From assembly GCA_905235475.1 (NCBI GenBank), contig CAJOLU010000005.1:72892-136891 (forward strand): a stretch of DNA of 64,000 nt, in the 5' to 3' direction. Positions 36,211 through 46,330 of this stretch are shown here, in pieces; the stretch's first letter is position 1, and every line of letters begins with the position of its first letter. The notes under the pieces were generated by a model. That model had not been told where the DNA came from. It did not search any database and worked only from the letters and a program-made list of their open reading frames with translations. The translations under genes were made by a program, and so were the position numbers. Source of the DNA: an uncultured Clostridia bacterium (lineage in GTDB: Bacteria; Bacillota; Clostridia; Christensenellales; UBA1242).

Positions 36211-37348
36211 TTTCATCACTATTTAAACATTCTTCAACCAATGCGTCAATATCAAGTTTTTTCTCTTCTTCCAAAACTTTTTCAAGTTCTGGCCTTGTGA
36301 CAGGCTTTTTAGGCAAAAAGATTGTACAACAATCCTCATATGGCTCAATTGAAATATCATATGTTCCAATTTTATTCGCAACAGCAATGGTTTCAAGTTT
36401 ATCAAAACCAATAAGTGGCCTAAACACTGGCATTGAAACTGCTGCATTTGTAACAGTTATGCTTTCCATTGTTTGGCTGGCAACTTGACCTAAACTTTCT
36501 CCAGTTATAATTGCATTGGCATTAATCTTTTGTGAAAGTTTTTCCGCAACACGCATCATAATACGGCGCATTAAAATAACTGTATAGTCCCTATTGCACT
36601 TTCTATTAATTTCTTCTTGCACTTTTGTGAAAGACAAAATGTGAAGTTTAAAATTAGATAAATATTTACCCATTTGTTGGGCAAGGCGAATAACTTTTTC
36701 TTTTGCTTGTAAACTGGTGTATGGGTAGCTGTGAAAATGAAGTGCGTGAACACTCATTCCTCTTTTTGCCAAATAATATCCAGCAACTGGGCTATCAATT
36801 CCACCACTTAATAAAAGCAAACCTTTTCCAGCTGTTCCAACAGGCATACCACCACAACACATAATGTTGCTAAATGAAACATATGTAAAGCCATCTTCTC
36901 GAATGTCAATTTTCACAACAACTTCAGGATTGTGAACATCAACTTTAATGGTGGTGTTATTTTCTAAAACCTTTTCGCCACAAATCTTCATCATATCCAT
37001 AGATTTTGTTGGAAAGCGTTTATCTGCTCTTCTAACTTCAACTTTAAATGATTTTTGTGTTAATTTGATGTTTGAACAAAAATCCAAAATAGCATCATAG
37101 TCCGTTAAAAACTTTGATGCAACACTTAAGGAATGAAGTCCAAAAACTTTGGTAAGCCTATCAATTAATTCATCTTCATCTCTTTCTTCATATTCACTAA
37201 CTTCATATCTCCCTGCAACTTTTTTAACAGTGCAAGAAAAACCTTTAAGGGCGTGTTGAATGTTATTTAAAAGCATATGCTCAAAATAACCCCTATTTGC
37301 TCCTTTAAGGTGAATTTCACCATATCTTAAAAGAATTACTTTTTCCAT
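36197..37348 (-). CDS. thiI: tRNA 4-thiouridine synthase ThiI
   Basis: THUMP-type N-terminus and PP-loop SGGIDSPVA. Paired with a cysteine desulfurase gene. Confidence 0.9.
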   Translation of the reverse strand: MEKVILLRYGEIHLKGANRGYFEHMLLNNIQHALKGFSCTVKKVAGRYEVSEYEERDEDELIDRLTKVFGLHSLSVASKFLTDYDAILDFCSNIKLTQKSFKVEVRRADKRFPTKSMDMMKICGEKVLENNTTIKVDVHNPEVVVKIDIREDGFTYVSFSNIMCCGGMPVGTAGKGLLLLSGGIDSPVAGYYLAKRGMSVHALHFHSYPYTSLQAKEKVIRLAQQMGKYLSNFKLHILSFTKVQEEINRKCNRDYTVILMRRIMMRVAEKLSQKINANAIITGESLGQVASQTMESITVTNAAVSMPVFRPLIGFDKLETIAVANKIGTYDISIEPYEDCCTIFLPKKPVTRPELEKVLEEEKKLDIDALVEECLNSDEIIDI

Positions 37349-38472
37349 ATATCTAATTTCCTAATTTCATTCACATATTTTATTAAAGCTTTTGCAAAAA
37401 TGTCTATTTCTTCCATTGTGTTATCTTCACAAAAACTAATTCTAATGTTTCCAGCCTCTTGTTGTTTTGTTTTGTTCATTGCAAGCATAATTCTGTTTCC
37501 AGTGTGCTTTGAATTGCATGATGAACCTGTGCTAACATATATTCCATCTTGCTCTAACATATGAACCAGAACTTCTCCTTTAACACCTTCAAAACTTAAA
37601 CTCAAAATATAAGGAGAACAAGTTTTTGCACTTGAATTTATTATTGGGTGTAACTCCTCAATTTTGCTTAAAAGGGTTTGTTTAAGAAAAGAAACTTGTT
37701 CATAACTATGCGTAAAACTCTTATGCATAATTTCAGCAGCCATAGCAAACCCCAATATTGCTGGAGTATTTTCTGTTCCAGACCTCAAGCCATACTCTTG
37801 TCCTCCACCAAATATAAGTGGCTTTGGATTTAAGTTTGATTTATAAATTAATGCACCAGCCCCTCTAGGTCCGTGGATTTTGTGACTGCTAATTGTGTAG
37901 GCATCAACCCCCAAATCATTCAGGTCAACATCAATTTTACAAAAGGCTTGCACTCCATCACTATGAAAAATGGCTGTTGGGCATTTTTGTTTAATAAGTT
38001 TTCCAATCGCTTTTAGGTCGTTCACTGCTCCAGTTTCATTACTTACATGAATAACAGACACAAAGCCCGTGTTTTCTGTTAGTTTATTTTCAAGGTCGGC
38101 AAGATTTATTGTTCCATCTTCATTCAGTTCAATGAAATCAACTTCTTGGCCATCATCCTTTAAATGTTTTGCTGTTTGATAAATGCAAGCATGCTCCCCC
38201 ATAGACACCAAAATTTTCTTTCTTTTTGGGCATAATGAACGAAGAGCCATATTATTTGCTTCTGTTGCACTAGCAGTGAACACAAGTTTAGAATTTCTTG
38301 CATTTAAAAGGTTTAAAAGCTTTTCTTTTGCATTTTGAATATCTTTATAAACCTTTAGTGAAGGCTCATATAATCCAGATGGATTAAAAAAGTTTTCTTC
38401 AGCATAAACTTTCATAAACTTATTTACTTCACCATTAATCTTGGTGGTTGCAGCATTATCTAAATAAATCAT
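37336..38472 (-). CDS. Cysteine desulfurase (NifS/IscS family)
   Basis: PLP lysine motif SSHKIHGPRGAGAL and an active-site loop GSSCNS. Overlaps thiI and pheT ends in an operon arrangement. Confidence 0.88.
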   Translation of the reverse strand: MIYLDNAATTKINGEVNKFMKVYAEENFFNPSGLYEPSLKVYKDIQNAKEKLLNLLNARNSKLVFTASATEANNMALRSLCPKRKKILVSMGEHACIYQTAKHLKDDGQEVDFIELNEDGTINLADLENKLTENTGFVSVIHVSNETGAVNDLKAIGKLIKQKCPTAIFHSDGVQAFCKIDVDLNDLGVDAYTISSHKIHGPRGAGALIYKSNLNPKPLIFGGGQEYGLRSGTENTPAILGFAMAAEIMHKSFTHSYEQVSFLKQTLLSKIEELHPIINSSAKTCSPYILSLSFEGVKGEVLVHMLEQDGIYVSTGSSCNSKHTGNRIMLAMNKTKQQEAGNIRISFCEDNTMEEIDIFAKALIKYVNEIRKLDIWKK

Positions 38473-40868
38473 TGTTCTCTCAACCTTGCATTAAATTTTT
38501 GTTTAACATCATTCAAAACTTTTTCAACTTGGCTGTTAACCTCTTCTTGAAGAAGTGTTCCATCATTCTTTCTAAACACAAGTCTAATGGCAACACTCTT
38601 CTCTCCAACTTTAACTTGCTCTCCTTGATATACATCAAAGAACTCAACACTTTCACATAGTGCACCAGCCGATTTTTTCACTTCTGCCATAAGTTTTCCA
38701 ACTGAAACATTTTCGTCAACAACAAGTGCTAAATCTCTTGTTGAACTTGGATATTTTGCAATTTCTTTTATTTTTTTAACTTTTTTTAATGGAAGACTTA
38801 AAAGATGTATTTCAAAATAATAAACATCACCAGTTATTTCAAAAGCGTTTAAAACTTTTGGATGAACCTTTCCAACCGCACCAATAATTTTGTTAGCCCA
38901 AATAATGTTTGCAGAAATGTTTGGATGCATACATTTTGTTATCACATTTTTGTTTTGTTCATCTTTCTCATATGAAAAAGTTAAATCCAATCTTGCGGCT
39001 ATTGATTCAACAATTTCTTTCACATAGAAGAAATCTTTAGATTTTGAAGATACAACATAAGATAACACTTCTTGTTCATCTGGAAGAATGTTCTCTTCTG
39101 TTTTGAAGAAAGTTTTTCCAATTTCAAAAAGGGCAAAATCACTATTTTTTCTACTTTGATTATATTTAACCGCACCCAACATACTGGAAAGCATTTGAGT
39201 TCTTAAAACAGACATATAAACGTTTAGTGGGTTTCTAATCTTTACTTCTTTTTGAGCAAGAACTGTTTCTTCTAAACCAAGTTTTTTAATATCATCAAAT
39301 GGAATTGGCGCATACGTTTTGATTTCGTGAACATCATTTGATTGCATAACTTCTTTTAAAAACAAATCTAGTTCCATATCTCTTTCATATCCACCAGCAA
39401 TACATTCCGTTTTTGTGTTAGTGTTGCTAGGCATATCTTGAAAGCCATAGAATCTAACAATTTCTTCAGCAATGTCGGCAAAAGATGAAATATCAGAACG
39501 AATAGAAGGAATTTCACAAACAAGATTATCCCCATCTTTTATTGTTTTGATGTCTAGTTTGTTTAAAATGCTTATTGCATAATCAACTGGAATATCTTCT
39601 CCAAGCCAACTTAAAACTCTATTATAATCAACCGTTAAAACTTTAGGTTCATTATTATATGAGTTAGAAACATAAGTTTTCTCAATTATTGTTCCAACTC
39701 CTAATTCATCAATGAGAGCAAGTGCTCTTTGAGCACCTATATCACAACTAATTGGTTCAACCCCTCTTTCATATCGTCCACTAGCATCTGACCTGAGTCC
39801 AAAGCCTCTTCCAGTCTTTCTAATATTTTCTTTTCTAAATGTTGCACTTTCCAAAACCATATCTGTTGTCTTGTTTGAAATTGAATAATGAAGGCCACCC
39901 ATAACACCCGCAAGCCCCATTGCATTTTGACTATTTGCAATAACCATATTATCGCTATTTAGTTCATATTCTTCTTCATTTAAGAGAACAATTTTTTCTC
40001 CACTCGTTGCTTGTCTTATAACAATTTTGTTACCTTCAATTTGAGAGTAATCATATGCGTGAAGAGGTTGTCCCATTTCCCATAGAACATAGTTTGTTAT
40101 GTCAACAATGTTGTTAATAGGTCTTAATCCCACTGAAACAAGTCTTTGTTGCATCCACTTTGGAGAAGGCCCCAATTTTATATTTTTTATCACATTTGCT
40201 CTAAAATATTTACAATTTTCAGTTTGGTTTTCAATTTTTAGTTCAACTTCTTCTTTTTGAGTTTTAAAACTCATATTAGGCATTTTAAATTCTCTTTTAA
40301 TTGCTATTGCAAGTTCTTTTGCAAGCCCTATAACACTTTGGCAGTCTGGTCGGTTTGCCAAAACATTAACATCAAACACAACATCATCCATTCCCAAAAC
40401 TTCTGCTATTGGTTGACCTATGTGGCAATCTTCTGGTTTAATAATCATAATACCGTCTGTTTCAGCACCATCATAAACGGAATTATCAATTCCAAGTTCT
40501 TCTCCAGCACACATCATTCCACAAGAATCAACACCACGCATATTTGTTGGCTTAATCTTAACTCCATTTGCAAGGTCTGCCCCCTCTAACGCCATTGGAA
40601 CAAAGTCACCCTCTTTCATATTTGTTGCATGAGTGATTATTTGATGCATCTTTTCACCATCGCTTATGTGGCAAATCAAAAGCTTATCTGCATTTGGGTG
40701 CTTTTCAATCTTTTCAATCTTTCCAACAACAACATGATTTAGCTTTTCAGACAAATCCTTATATGTTTCCATTTCAAAACCACTGAATGTGAAAGCATCA
40801 GCAATCTCCTTTGCTGAAAGTCCGTCAAGATTAACAAAGTCACTTAACCATTTTCTTGTTACAATCAT
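38469..40868 (-). CDS. pheT: Phenylalanine--tRNA ligase beta subunit
   Basis: tRNA-binding OB domain (HPNADKL), B3/4, B5 and FDX-ACB domains, 799 aa, downstream of pheS. Confidence 0.95.
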   Translation of the reverse strand: MIVTRKWLSDFVNLDGLSAKEIADAFTFSGFEMETYKDLSEKLNHVVVGKIEKIEKHPNADKLLICHISDGEKMHQIITHATNMKEGDFVPMALEGADLANGVKIKPTNMRGVDSCGMMCAGEELGIDNSVYDGAETDGIMIIKPEDCHIGQPIAEVLGMDDVVFDVNVLANRPDCQSVIGLAKELAIAIKREFKMPNMSFKTQKEEVELKIENQTENCKYFRANVIKNIKLGPSPKWMQQRLVSVGLRPINNIVDITNYVLWEMGQPLHAYDYSQIEGNKIVIRQATSGEKIVLLNEEEYELNSDNMVIANSQNAMGLAGVMGGLHYSISNKTTDMVLESATFRKENIRKTGRGFGLRSDASGRYERGVEPISCDIGAQRALALIDELGVGTIIEKTYVSNSYNNEPKVLTVDYNRVLSWLGEDIPVDYAISILNKLDIKTIKDGDNLVCEIPSIRSDISSFADIAEEIVRFYGFQDMPSNTNTKTECIAGGYERDMELDLFLKEVMQSNDVHEIKTYAPIPFDDIKKLGLEETVLAQKEVKIRNPLNVYMSVLRTQMLSSMLGAVKYNQSRKNSDFALFEIGKTFFKTEENILPDEQEVLSYVVSSKSKDFFYVKEIVESIAARLDLTFSYEKDEQNKNVITKCMHPNISANIIWANKIIGAVGKVHPKVLNAFEITGDVYYFEIHLLSLPLKKVKKIKEIAKYPSSTRDLALVVDENVSVGKLMAEVKKSAGALCESVEFFDVYQGEQVKVGEKSVAIRLVFRKNDGTLLQEEVNSQVEKVLNDVKQKFNARLREQ

Positions 40869-40878
40869 TTTTCTTCTC

Positions 40879-41901
40879 CTATTTAAATTGTTTTAATAAA
40901 TTAACATCATTTTCATAAAGCTCACGCATATCACTTATGCCAAACCTTATCATAGCAAGCCTTTCAATTCCAACACCAACCGCATAGCCAGCATATTTTT
41001 TAGGGTCTATGTTATGCTCTGCCAAAATCTTTGGGTTAACCATTCCGCACCCCAAAACTTCAATCCAACCACACCCCTTACAAAGTGAACAACCTTTCCC
41101 ACCACATTTTGGGCAAGACGCATCTGCTTCTACTGATGGTTCTGTGAAAGGAAAGTATGAAGGTCTTAGTCTAACTGTGGTTTTTTCACCTAGCAAATAT
41201 TTAATAAACTCTTCAACTGTTCCCTTAAGGTCTGCCATAGAAACATTTTCATCAACAACCAAAATTTCCAATTGGTGAAAAAATGGTGAATGAGTTGCAT
41301 CTATTTCATCAACACGATATGCCTGGCCAGTTGAAACCATCTTGATTGGTGGCTTATATTTTTCCATTGTGTGAATTTGAGTTGCTGATGTATGGGTTCT
41401 AAGAACAATATCATCAGTTATATAAAATGTGTCTTGCATATCTCTGGCTGGATGGTCTTTTGGAACATTTAATGCTTCAAAACAATAATAATCTGTTTCA
41501 ACATCTGTTCCAACACGAACAGTAAATCCACGTTTAACAAAGAAATCCATAAGTTCTTTTTGTGTGAGAGATATTGGATGCATTGTTCCCATATTTTTAG
41601 GCTTAACTGGAATGGTTACATCAATTTTTTCATTCATTAATTTTTTGTTTAACTCTTCTTCATCGAATTTTTGAATTTTTTCTCTAATTTCCGCGTCAAT
41701 TTTTTGCCTACATTCATTCAAAATTGCACCCATTTTTGGTTTTTCTTCAACTGGAACATTTTTTAATTCTCTCATAAGATTGCTAATTTCACCAGTTTTT
41801 CCTAAATACTTTGTGTTTAAAGCAAACAAATCTTGCTTACTTTTTGCATCTTCAATCTCTTTTAGAGCATTTTGTAAAATTTGTTTTGTTTGTGTTTCCA
41901 T
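40879..41901 (-). CDS. pheS: Phenylalanine--tRNA ligase alpha subunit
   Basis: Class II motifs (HPARDMQDTFY, FRxxxxDATHxxxFHQxE pattern, GxGxGxERL). Confidence 0.96.
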   Translation of the reverse strand: METQTKQILQNALKEIEDAKSKQDLFALNTKYLGKTGEISNLMRELKNVPVEEKPKMGAILNECRQKIDAEIREKIQKFDEEELNKKLMNEKIDVTIPVKPKNMGTMHPISLTQKELMDFFVKRGFTVRVGTDVETDYYCFEALNVPKDHPARDMQDTFYITDDIVLRTHTSATQIHTMEKYKPPIKMVSTGQAYRVDEIDATHSPFFHQLEILVVDENVSMADLKGTVEEFIKYLLGEKTTVRLRPSYFPFTEPSVEADASCPKCGGKGCSLCKGCGWIEVLGCGMVNPKILAEHNIDPKKYAGYAVGVGIERLAMIRFGISDMRELYENDVNLLKQFK

Positions 41902-41904
41902 TTT

Positions 41905-42161
41905 AACTCCTTTTAAAACAAAAACTTCGTCCCCAAAAAATTAGGACGAAGTTTTCTCCGTGTTACCACCTAAATTCTTTCTTTAAAGAAAGCACTCATT
42001 TTGGCTATGTCGTTGCCAACGCTCTTTTTACTACTATTTCGAAAGAGTGCTAGAAAGTGAATTCACAAAAACTATCAATGGGCATTCTCACCAATATCCC
42101 TCTCTGTTAATGCTTAAGTTCTTGCTACTAGTCTTTCATCATCGCGTTTATTTAGAATGAT
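41905..42161 (-). promoter_or_regulatory. T-box riboswitch leader (Phe, specifier UUC) with terminator/antiterminator
   Basis: Minus strand shows GCGATGATGAAAG...AGTAG stem I start, the AGAGAG motif, a GAAUUCAC specifier region, the T-box GGTGGTAACACGG, and the terminator AAACTTCGTCC...GGACGAAGTTT plus a T-run. Confidence 0.85.
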
Positions 42162-42167
42162 AACTAA

Positions 42168-42196
42168 ATTTTAGCATATTTTATTTTTAATGTCAA
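42168..42196 (-). promoter_or_regulatory. Sigma-A promoter of the pheST leader (TTGACA-17-TAAAAT)
   Basis: Reverse complement of 42191-42196 is TTGACA and of 42168-42173 is TAAAAT, with a 17-nt spacer. Confidence 0.65.
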
Positions 42197-42207
42197 CAAA
42201 AATTCAT

Positions 42208-42879
42208 TTAATCAGGAATTAAGTTCATCATTTCATCAAGACTATCAGAATTAAGATAAGTGCTTGGGATTTCCCCAACCAAAATTGCCTCACAAATCAA
42301 AATATGGCTGTTAACAACAATAGATTTTGTGGCTGTTGGCAAAATGAGTTCCACATCAGTTTGAATATTTAGATATATTCTATGGTTTGTCTGGTTAATC
42401 CCGGCACTTGTGAACTCACTTGAAAACCTTGATTGAATTGTGGCTATTGCCATAATATGAAAAGTGATATCTGGTCCAACACCAACCAAAAGGCTAATTC
42501 CAGAAAGAGTTCCCAGAGGAATTGAAACGCCTTGATTCTTAATTAAATCAAGGTTTTGACCAGCAACCTTGCCCACCTCTTTTGCAAGTTTGTTAACCAT
42601 GAGGCTTTTAACTTGAATAAAAATAATGTTGCCATCTTGGTCGGTTGTTATTTCGATTAAATCATCATAAACGTTAGACTCACTAATAACTGTTTGAACG
42701 GCTGCATTTACCGCCCTTGATGTTGATGAACGAACTTGTGCCTCACTAGACTTAACCATAATTGGTTTTATGCAATTAGTGAAAAACAATAAAAGTCCAA
42801 CAACAACGAGCAAAAAACAGCAAAAAAGTATAAATAATTTATACTTTAATCTTATTTTTCTATGACGTCTTATTTTCAT
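42208..42879 (-). CDS. yunB: Sporulation protein YunB-like
   Basis: Basic N-terminus with a single TM segment, ~220 aa, and a pattern resembling YunB. Adjacent to the spoVA genes. Confidence 0.5.
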   Translation of the reverse strand: MKIRRHRKIRLKYKLFILFCCFLLVVVGLLLFFTNCIKPIMVKSSEAQVRSSTSRAVNAAVQTVISESNVYDDLIEITTDQDGNIIFIQVKSLMVNKLAKEVGKVAGQNLDLIKNQGVSIPLGTLSGISLLVGVGPDITFHIMAIATIQSRFSSEFTSAGINQTNHRIYLNIQTDVELILPTATKSIVVNSHILICEAILVGEIPSTYLNSDSLDEMMNLIPD

Positions 42880-42910
42880 ATATTTAATATATGCCTAAAA
42901 AAATAAAATG

Positions 42911-43279
42911 TTACTTTTTTGTTTTACTATTAAAGATTAAAGACACCAAAAACGCCATTGTAACAGCAATAGCAATTCCTCCAGCCGCTGCCGCAAGTCC
43001 ACCAGTAAAAATTCCCAAAAGCCCTTGACTTTGCCCTGCCTCTATTGCCCCTTTTGCCAAACTGTAACCAAACCCCATAATTGGAACTGTCACTCCACTC
43101 CCAGCAAAGGCTTTCATTGGCTCAAAAGCACCAACGCATTCCAAGAAAACACCAAGCAGAAGGAATGTAACCAAAATTCTTGCACTTGTCATTTGAGTGG
43201 TTATAACAAGAACTTGCCCAAGCATACAAATTGCCCCACCAATTAAAAACACCTTTAAATACATAAGAAAATCAAACAT
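42911..43279 (-). CDS. spoVAE: Stage V sporulation protein AE (SpoVAEb-type)
   Basis: Small 4-TM protein similar to SpoVAC/E (GFGYSLAKGA, GGLAAAAGG). Start at the ATG preceded by GGAGGG, overlapping the spoVAD stop. Confidence 0.8.
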   Translation of the reverse strand: MFDFLMYLKVFLIGGAICMLGQVLVITTQMTSARILVTFLLLGVFLECVGAFEPMKAFAGSGVTVPIMGFGYSLAKGAIEAGQSQGLLGIFTGGLAAAAGGIAIAVTMAFLVSLIFNSKTKK

Positions 43280-44282
43280 TTTTGCCCTCCAATTCAATAA
43301 GATGAGCAATGCATGGAATACTATCTCCTTGCTGGCTTGAAATTGTGCTCATCAAAGCACCTGTCGCAACAACCAAAACTCTTTTAAGTTCCCCAGATTT
43401 AAGCCTTTTAATCACATAAGAGTTTAAAATTGATGCCACACAGCCACAACCACTGCCCCCTTGAAAAACTTTTTGATTATTGGAAAAAATCATTTGCCCA
43501 CAATCGTTATAATTGCTTTCTAGTTTGTATCCTCGATATTCCATTAAATCACGCAAAACCTCACTGCCAAGTTTCCCTAAATCACCAGTTAAAATAAGGT
43601 CATAATCACTTGGTTTAGAGTTTGTGTCTTGAAAAAAAGTTGTTAAGGTTTCAAGGGCTGCTGGAGCCATTGCTCCACCCATATTGTTAACATCACAAAC
43701 ATCCCAATCAACAACTTTTCCAATGGTGGCTCTTGTTATTTTAACATCACTTTGTGTGGAAGACAAAATGGTGGCTCCAGCACCTGTGACCGTCCATTGT
43801 GATGTTGGGGGCCTTTGTGTTCCCAATTCAAGAGGATATCTAAACTGTTTCTCTGCAGTTGAAAAATGGCTTCCAGTTACGCACACAACATTGTTTATGC
43901 CATTCCCATCAATCAAACAAGAACCAACAATCAAACTTTCAACCATGGTTGAACATGCTCCAAAAACCCCCAAAAAAGGGGCTTGGAGTTCACGAGCCAT
44001 AAAGTTTGAAGATATTATTTGGTTCATAAGGTCACCACCAATCAAAACATCAATGTCTGTTGTTTGAAGTCCTGCTTCTTTCAAAGCCTCCAACACAGCA
44101 GATAAAAACAATTTTCTTTCTGCTTTTTCATAACTTTCTTGTCCAAACAAATCATCACTCAATATTTGATGAAAATACTTTGCAAAATTTCCCTTCCCTT
44201 CCTTTGGCCCAACAATAGAATAATTTCCAATAACACAAGGTTTATGTTCAAATAGAAAAGTTTGTTTCCCAATTTTTCTCAT
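43272..44282 (-). CDS. spoVAD: Stage V sporulation protein AD
   Basis: Thiolase/KAS-III-like fold protein of 336 aa lying between spoVAC and spoVAE, with the GACSTM active-site-like loop. Confidence 0.85.
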   Translation of the reverse strand: MRKIGKQTFLFEHKPCVIGNYSIVGPKEGKGNFAKYFHQILSDDLFGQESYEKAERKLFLSAVLEALKEAGLQTTDIDVLIGGDLMNQIISSNFMARELQAPFLGVFGACSTMVESLIVGSCLIDGNGINNVVCVTGSHFSTAEKQFRYPLELGTQRPPTSQWTVTGAGATILSSTQSDVKITRATIGKVVDWDVCDVNNMGGAMAPAALETLTTFFQDTNSKPSDYDLILTGDLGKLGSEVLRDLMEYRGYKLESNYNDCGQMIFSNNQKVFQGGSGCGCVASILNSYVIKRLKSGELKRVLVVATGALMSTISSQQGDSIPCIAHLIELEGKNV

Positions 44283-44291
44283 ATCAATCCC

Positions 44292-44738
44292 CTAAAAAAT
44301 TAAATATAACGCCCCAGCAATAATGCTTGCAACAACACCAGTCACAATAACTGGACCCGCTATTGTAAACATCTTGGCGCACAACCCAAAAATCATTCCT
44401 TCACGCTTATATTCAAGTGCTGGGCTTGTTATAGAGTTGGAAAATCCCGTGATTGGAATAATTGAACCAGCACCAGCGTATGCTCCAATTTTGTCATAAA
44501 TTCCAATCCCAGTTAAAATTGATGCTAATGCAATTAATATAATACTTTCCCAAATTGCAGCATTATCCAAACTCATGTTTGGAATAAGCATCAACAAATC
44601 TTTCACAACCTCGCCAAACAAACATATTAGTCCCCCAATCCAAAAAGCATGAAAAAGCGATGGCCATGCCTTTGTTTTTGGAATCCTTGATTTTAAGTAT
44701 TCATTATATCTTTTATCTCGTTCAAAACTTTCCATCAT
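44292..44738 (-). CDS. spoVAC: Stage V sporulation protein AC
   Basis: 148-aa 4-TM protein (AFWIGGLICLFGE, ITGFSNS) and first gene of the spoVAC-D-E trio. Confidence 0.85.
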   Translation of the reverse strand: MMESFERDKRYNEYLKSRIPKTKAWPSLFHAFWIGGLICLFGEVVKDLLMLIPNMSLDNAAIWESIILIALASILTGIGIYDKIGAYAGAGSIIPITGFSNSITSPALEYKREGMIFGLCAKMFTIAGPVIVTGVVASIIAGALYLIF

Positions 44739-44847
44739 TGCCCCCCTTCAAACAAAGATTGCCTAAATACTCAAAAAAATACCAAACTTATAAATAATTT
44801 TCAAAAAACTGCAAAAAATAATTTCAGTTTCAAAAAAGGAGATTATT

Positions 44848-46287
44848 ATGAAAAAGAAAAAAACAATTTTAACACTTGCCCTATTAAGCACAGTTGCTTT
44901 GGGCGGAAGCACACTCGTTTCAACACAAAATGTTGAAGCACAAAACCAATTAATGAGTTCACTTAATAGGCTGGAAAGCTACACAAACATGAACTACGAC
45001 TTCAACAGTTTAGAAAACACGCTTCTAAACAATGACTACTTTTTGTTCTACAACAATGGAAATTATCAAGTTTTCAACAGGCAATCTAGTGATTATGGAA
45101 ACTACTTCAGTTCACAGCAAAACACACAAAACCAGCAACAAATGAACAACAACTCTTCGCAAAATGGAAATAATGGTGGGTATTATGTTTTGCGTAATAC
45201 CACAAATTCAAACAATCAAAATTCTCAAAATATGGGAACAGCAAATTCCATAAACTCTGCCCCAACACAAAATTCAAATATGCAACAAACAACCAACTCA
45301 AATAGCAGAAATGGTGGTATGTCAAGCACATCAAACACACAAGGTGTGAGTGGTTCAAGCACAAATATGGCTCAAACATCTGCTGTCAATAATTCAACAA
45401 ACACAACTAACGGAACAAATAACACAAGTTCAAACAGTGGAAGTTACAACACAACTAACGGAACGAATAACACAAGTTCAAACAGTGGAAGTTACAACAC
45501 AACTAATAGGACAAACACAACAAACAATGGTTACAACACAATCAATAGCATAAATGGTTCAAGCAATAACACAACAAGTGGCACAAACTCAAATCAAAAC
45601 ACTATGCAAATGCCAACTCAAAACAGCGTAAATAGAAGCACAAGCTCAACCTTTGACTATAACTCCTATTCCCCATCAATTCAAAGTTTAAATCAAAATC
45701 TAACACAAAATATTGAAACATTAAAACAAAATATTGGTAACAAAACAAACCAAAACACAAGAAATGTTAGATTTTATGCAAGCACACTAAACAATTTGGC
45801 AGATAAACTTGATATGAATGAAAAAGAACTTATGAATGATTTAAATAAAAGTTATCTTGCTGGAACCAATGAAAAATACACTGATTTACAAAAAGCAATT
45901 AATATTAACTTAAAAGCAACACTTAAATCTAGAATTGTTATTTTGGAATGTGCAAATGAGGCTGTTATGAACCTTAACTCATTATACTCTACTCAAAATC
46001 AAGCAACCACACAACAAACAACCAATCAATCAACAATGAACCGTGGAACAACAAATCAGATTACAAATAATGGAGTTCAAAACAATCAAACAAACACCTC
46101 TCAATCAACAATGCAACAAGCCACAAACCAAACTCCAACAACACAACAAACAAATGGTCAATCACCACATATACAAACTGGAAAAGCACAAACAAGCACA
46201 AACGCATATTTTGGTGAAACAGTTGCAAAACCTCAAATAACAAAAGAATCAGCTCAAAAACTAGATGATTTAAAAGATGCTCAATAG
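44848..46287 (+). CDS. Secreted Asn/Gln/Thr/Ser-rich low-complexity protein
   Basis: SD AAAGGAG and a signal peptide MKKKKTILTLALLSTVALGG. About 300 aa are dominated by N, Q, T and S, and there is a coiled central segment. Confidence 0.7.
   Translation: MKKKKTILTLALLSTVALGGSTLVSTQNVEAQNQLMSSLNRLESYTNMNYDFNSLENTLLNNDYFLFYNNGNYQVFNRQSSDYGNYFSSQQNTQNQQQMNNNSSQNGNNGGYYVLRNTTNSNNQNSQNMGTANSINSAPTQNSNMQQTTNSNSRNGGMSSTSNTQGVSGSSTNMAQTSAVNNSTNTTNGTNNTSSNSGSYNTTNGTNNTSSNSGSYNTTNRTNTTNNGYNTINSINGSSNNTTSGTNSNQNTMQMPTQNSVNRSTSSTFDYNSYSPSIQSLNQNLTQNIETLKQNIGNKTNQNTRNVRFYASTLNNLADKLDMNEKELMNDLNKSYLAGTNEKYTDLQKAININLKATLKSRIVILECANEAVMNLNSLYSTQNQATTQQTTNQSTMNRGTTNQITNNGVQNNQTNTSQSTMQQATNQTPTTQQTNGQSPHIQTGKAQTSTNAYFGETVAKPQITKESAQKLDDLKDAQ
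45403..45498 (+). repeat. Near-perfect 48-bp tandem duplication inside the N/Q-rich gene
   Basis: ACAACTAACGGAAC(A/G)AATAACACAAGTTCAAACAGTGGAAGTTACAAC occurs twice (TTNGTNNTSSNSGSYN), with a third degenerate copy following. Confidence 0.9.
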
Positions 46288-46294
46288 TTTTTAA

Positions 46295-46330
46295 ATAAAA
46301 AAAAGATGGCTAAATTTGCCATCTTTTTGT
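46295..46330. terminator. Bidirectional terminator between convergent genes
   Basis: Stem AAGATGGC / GCCATCTT flanked by an A-run and a T-run. Confidence 0.65.

Noticed and set aside
44739-44847. Attempt to call a sigma-G/sigma-F promoter for spoVA and a sigma-E promoter for spoIIIA
   Set aside because: Partial matches (for example GTATT-N17-CAATCTT) are too weak to separate from background in AT-rich DNA without a scoring matrix.
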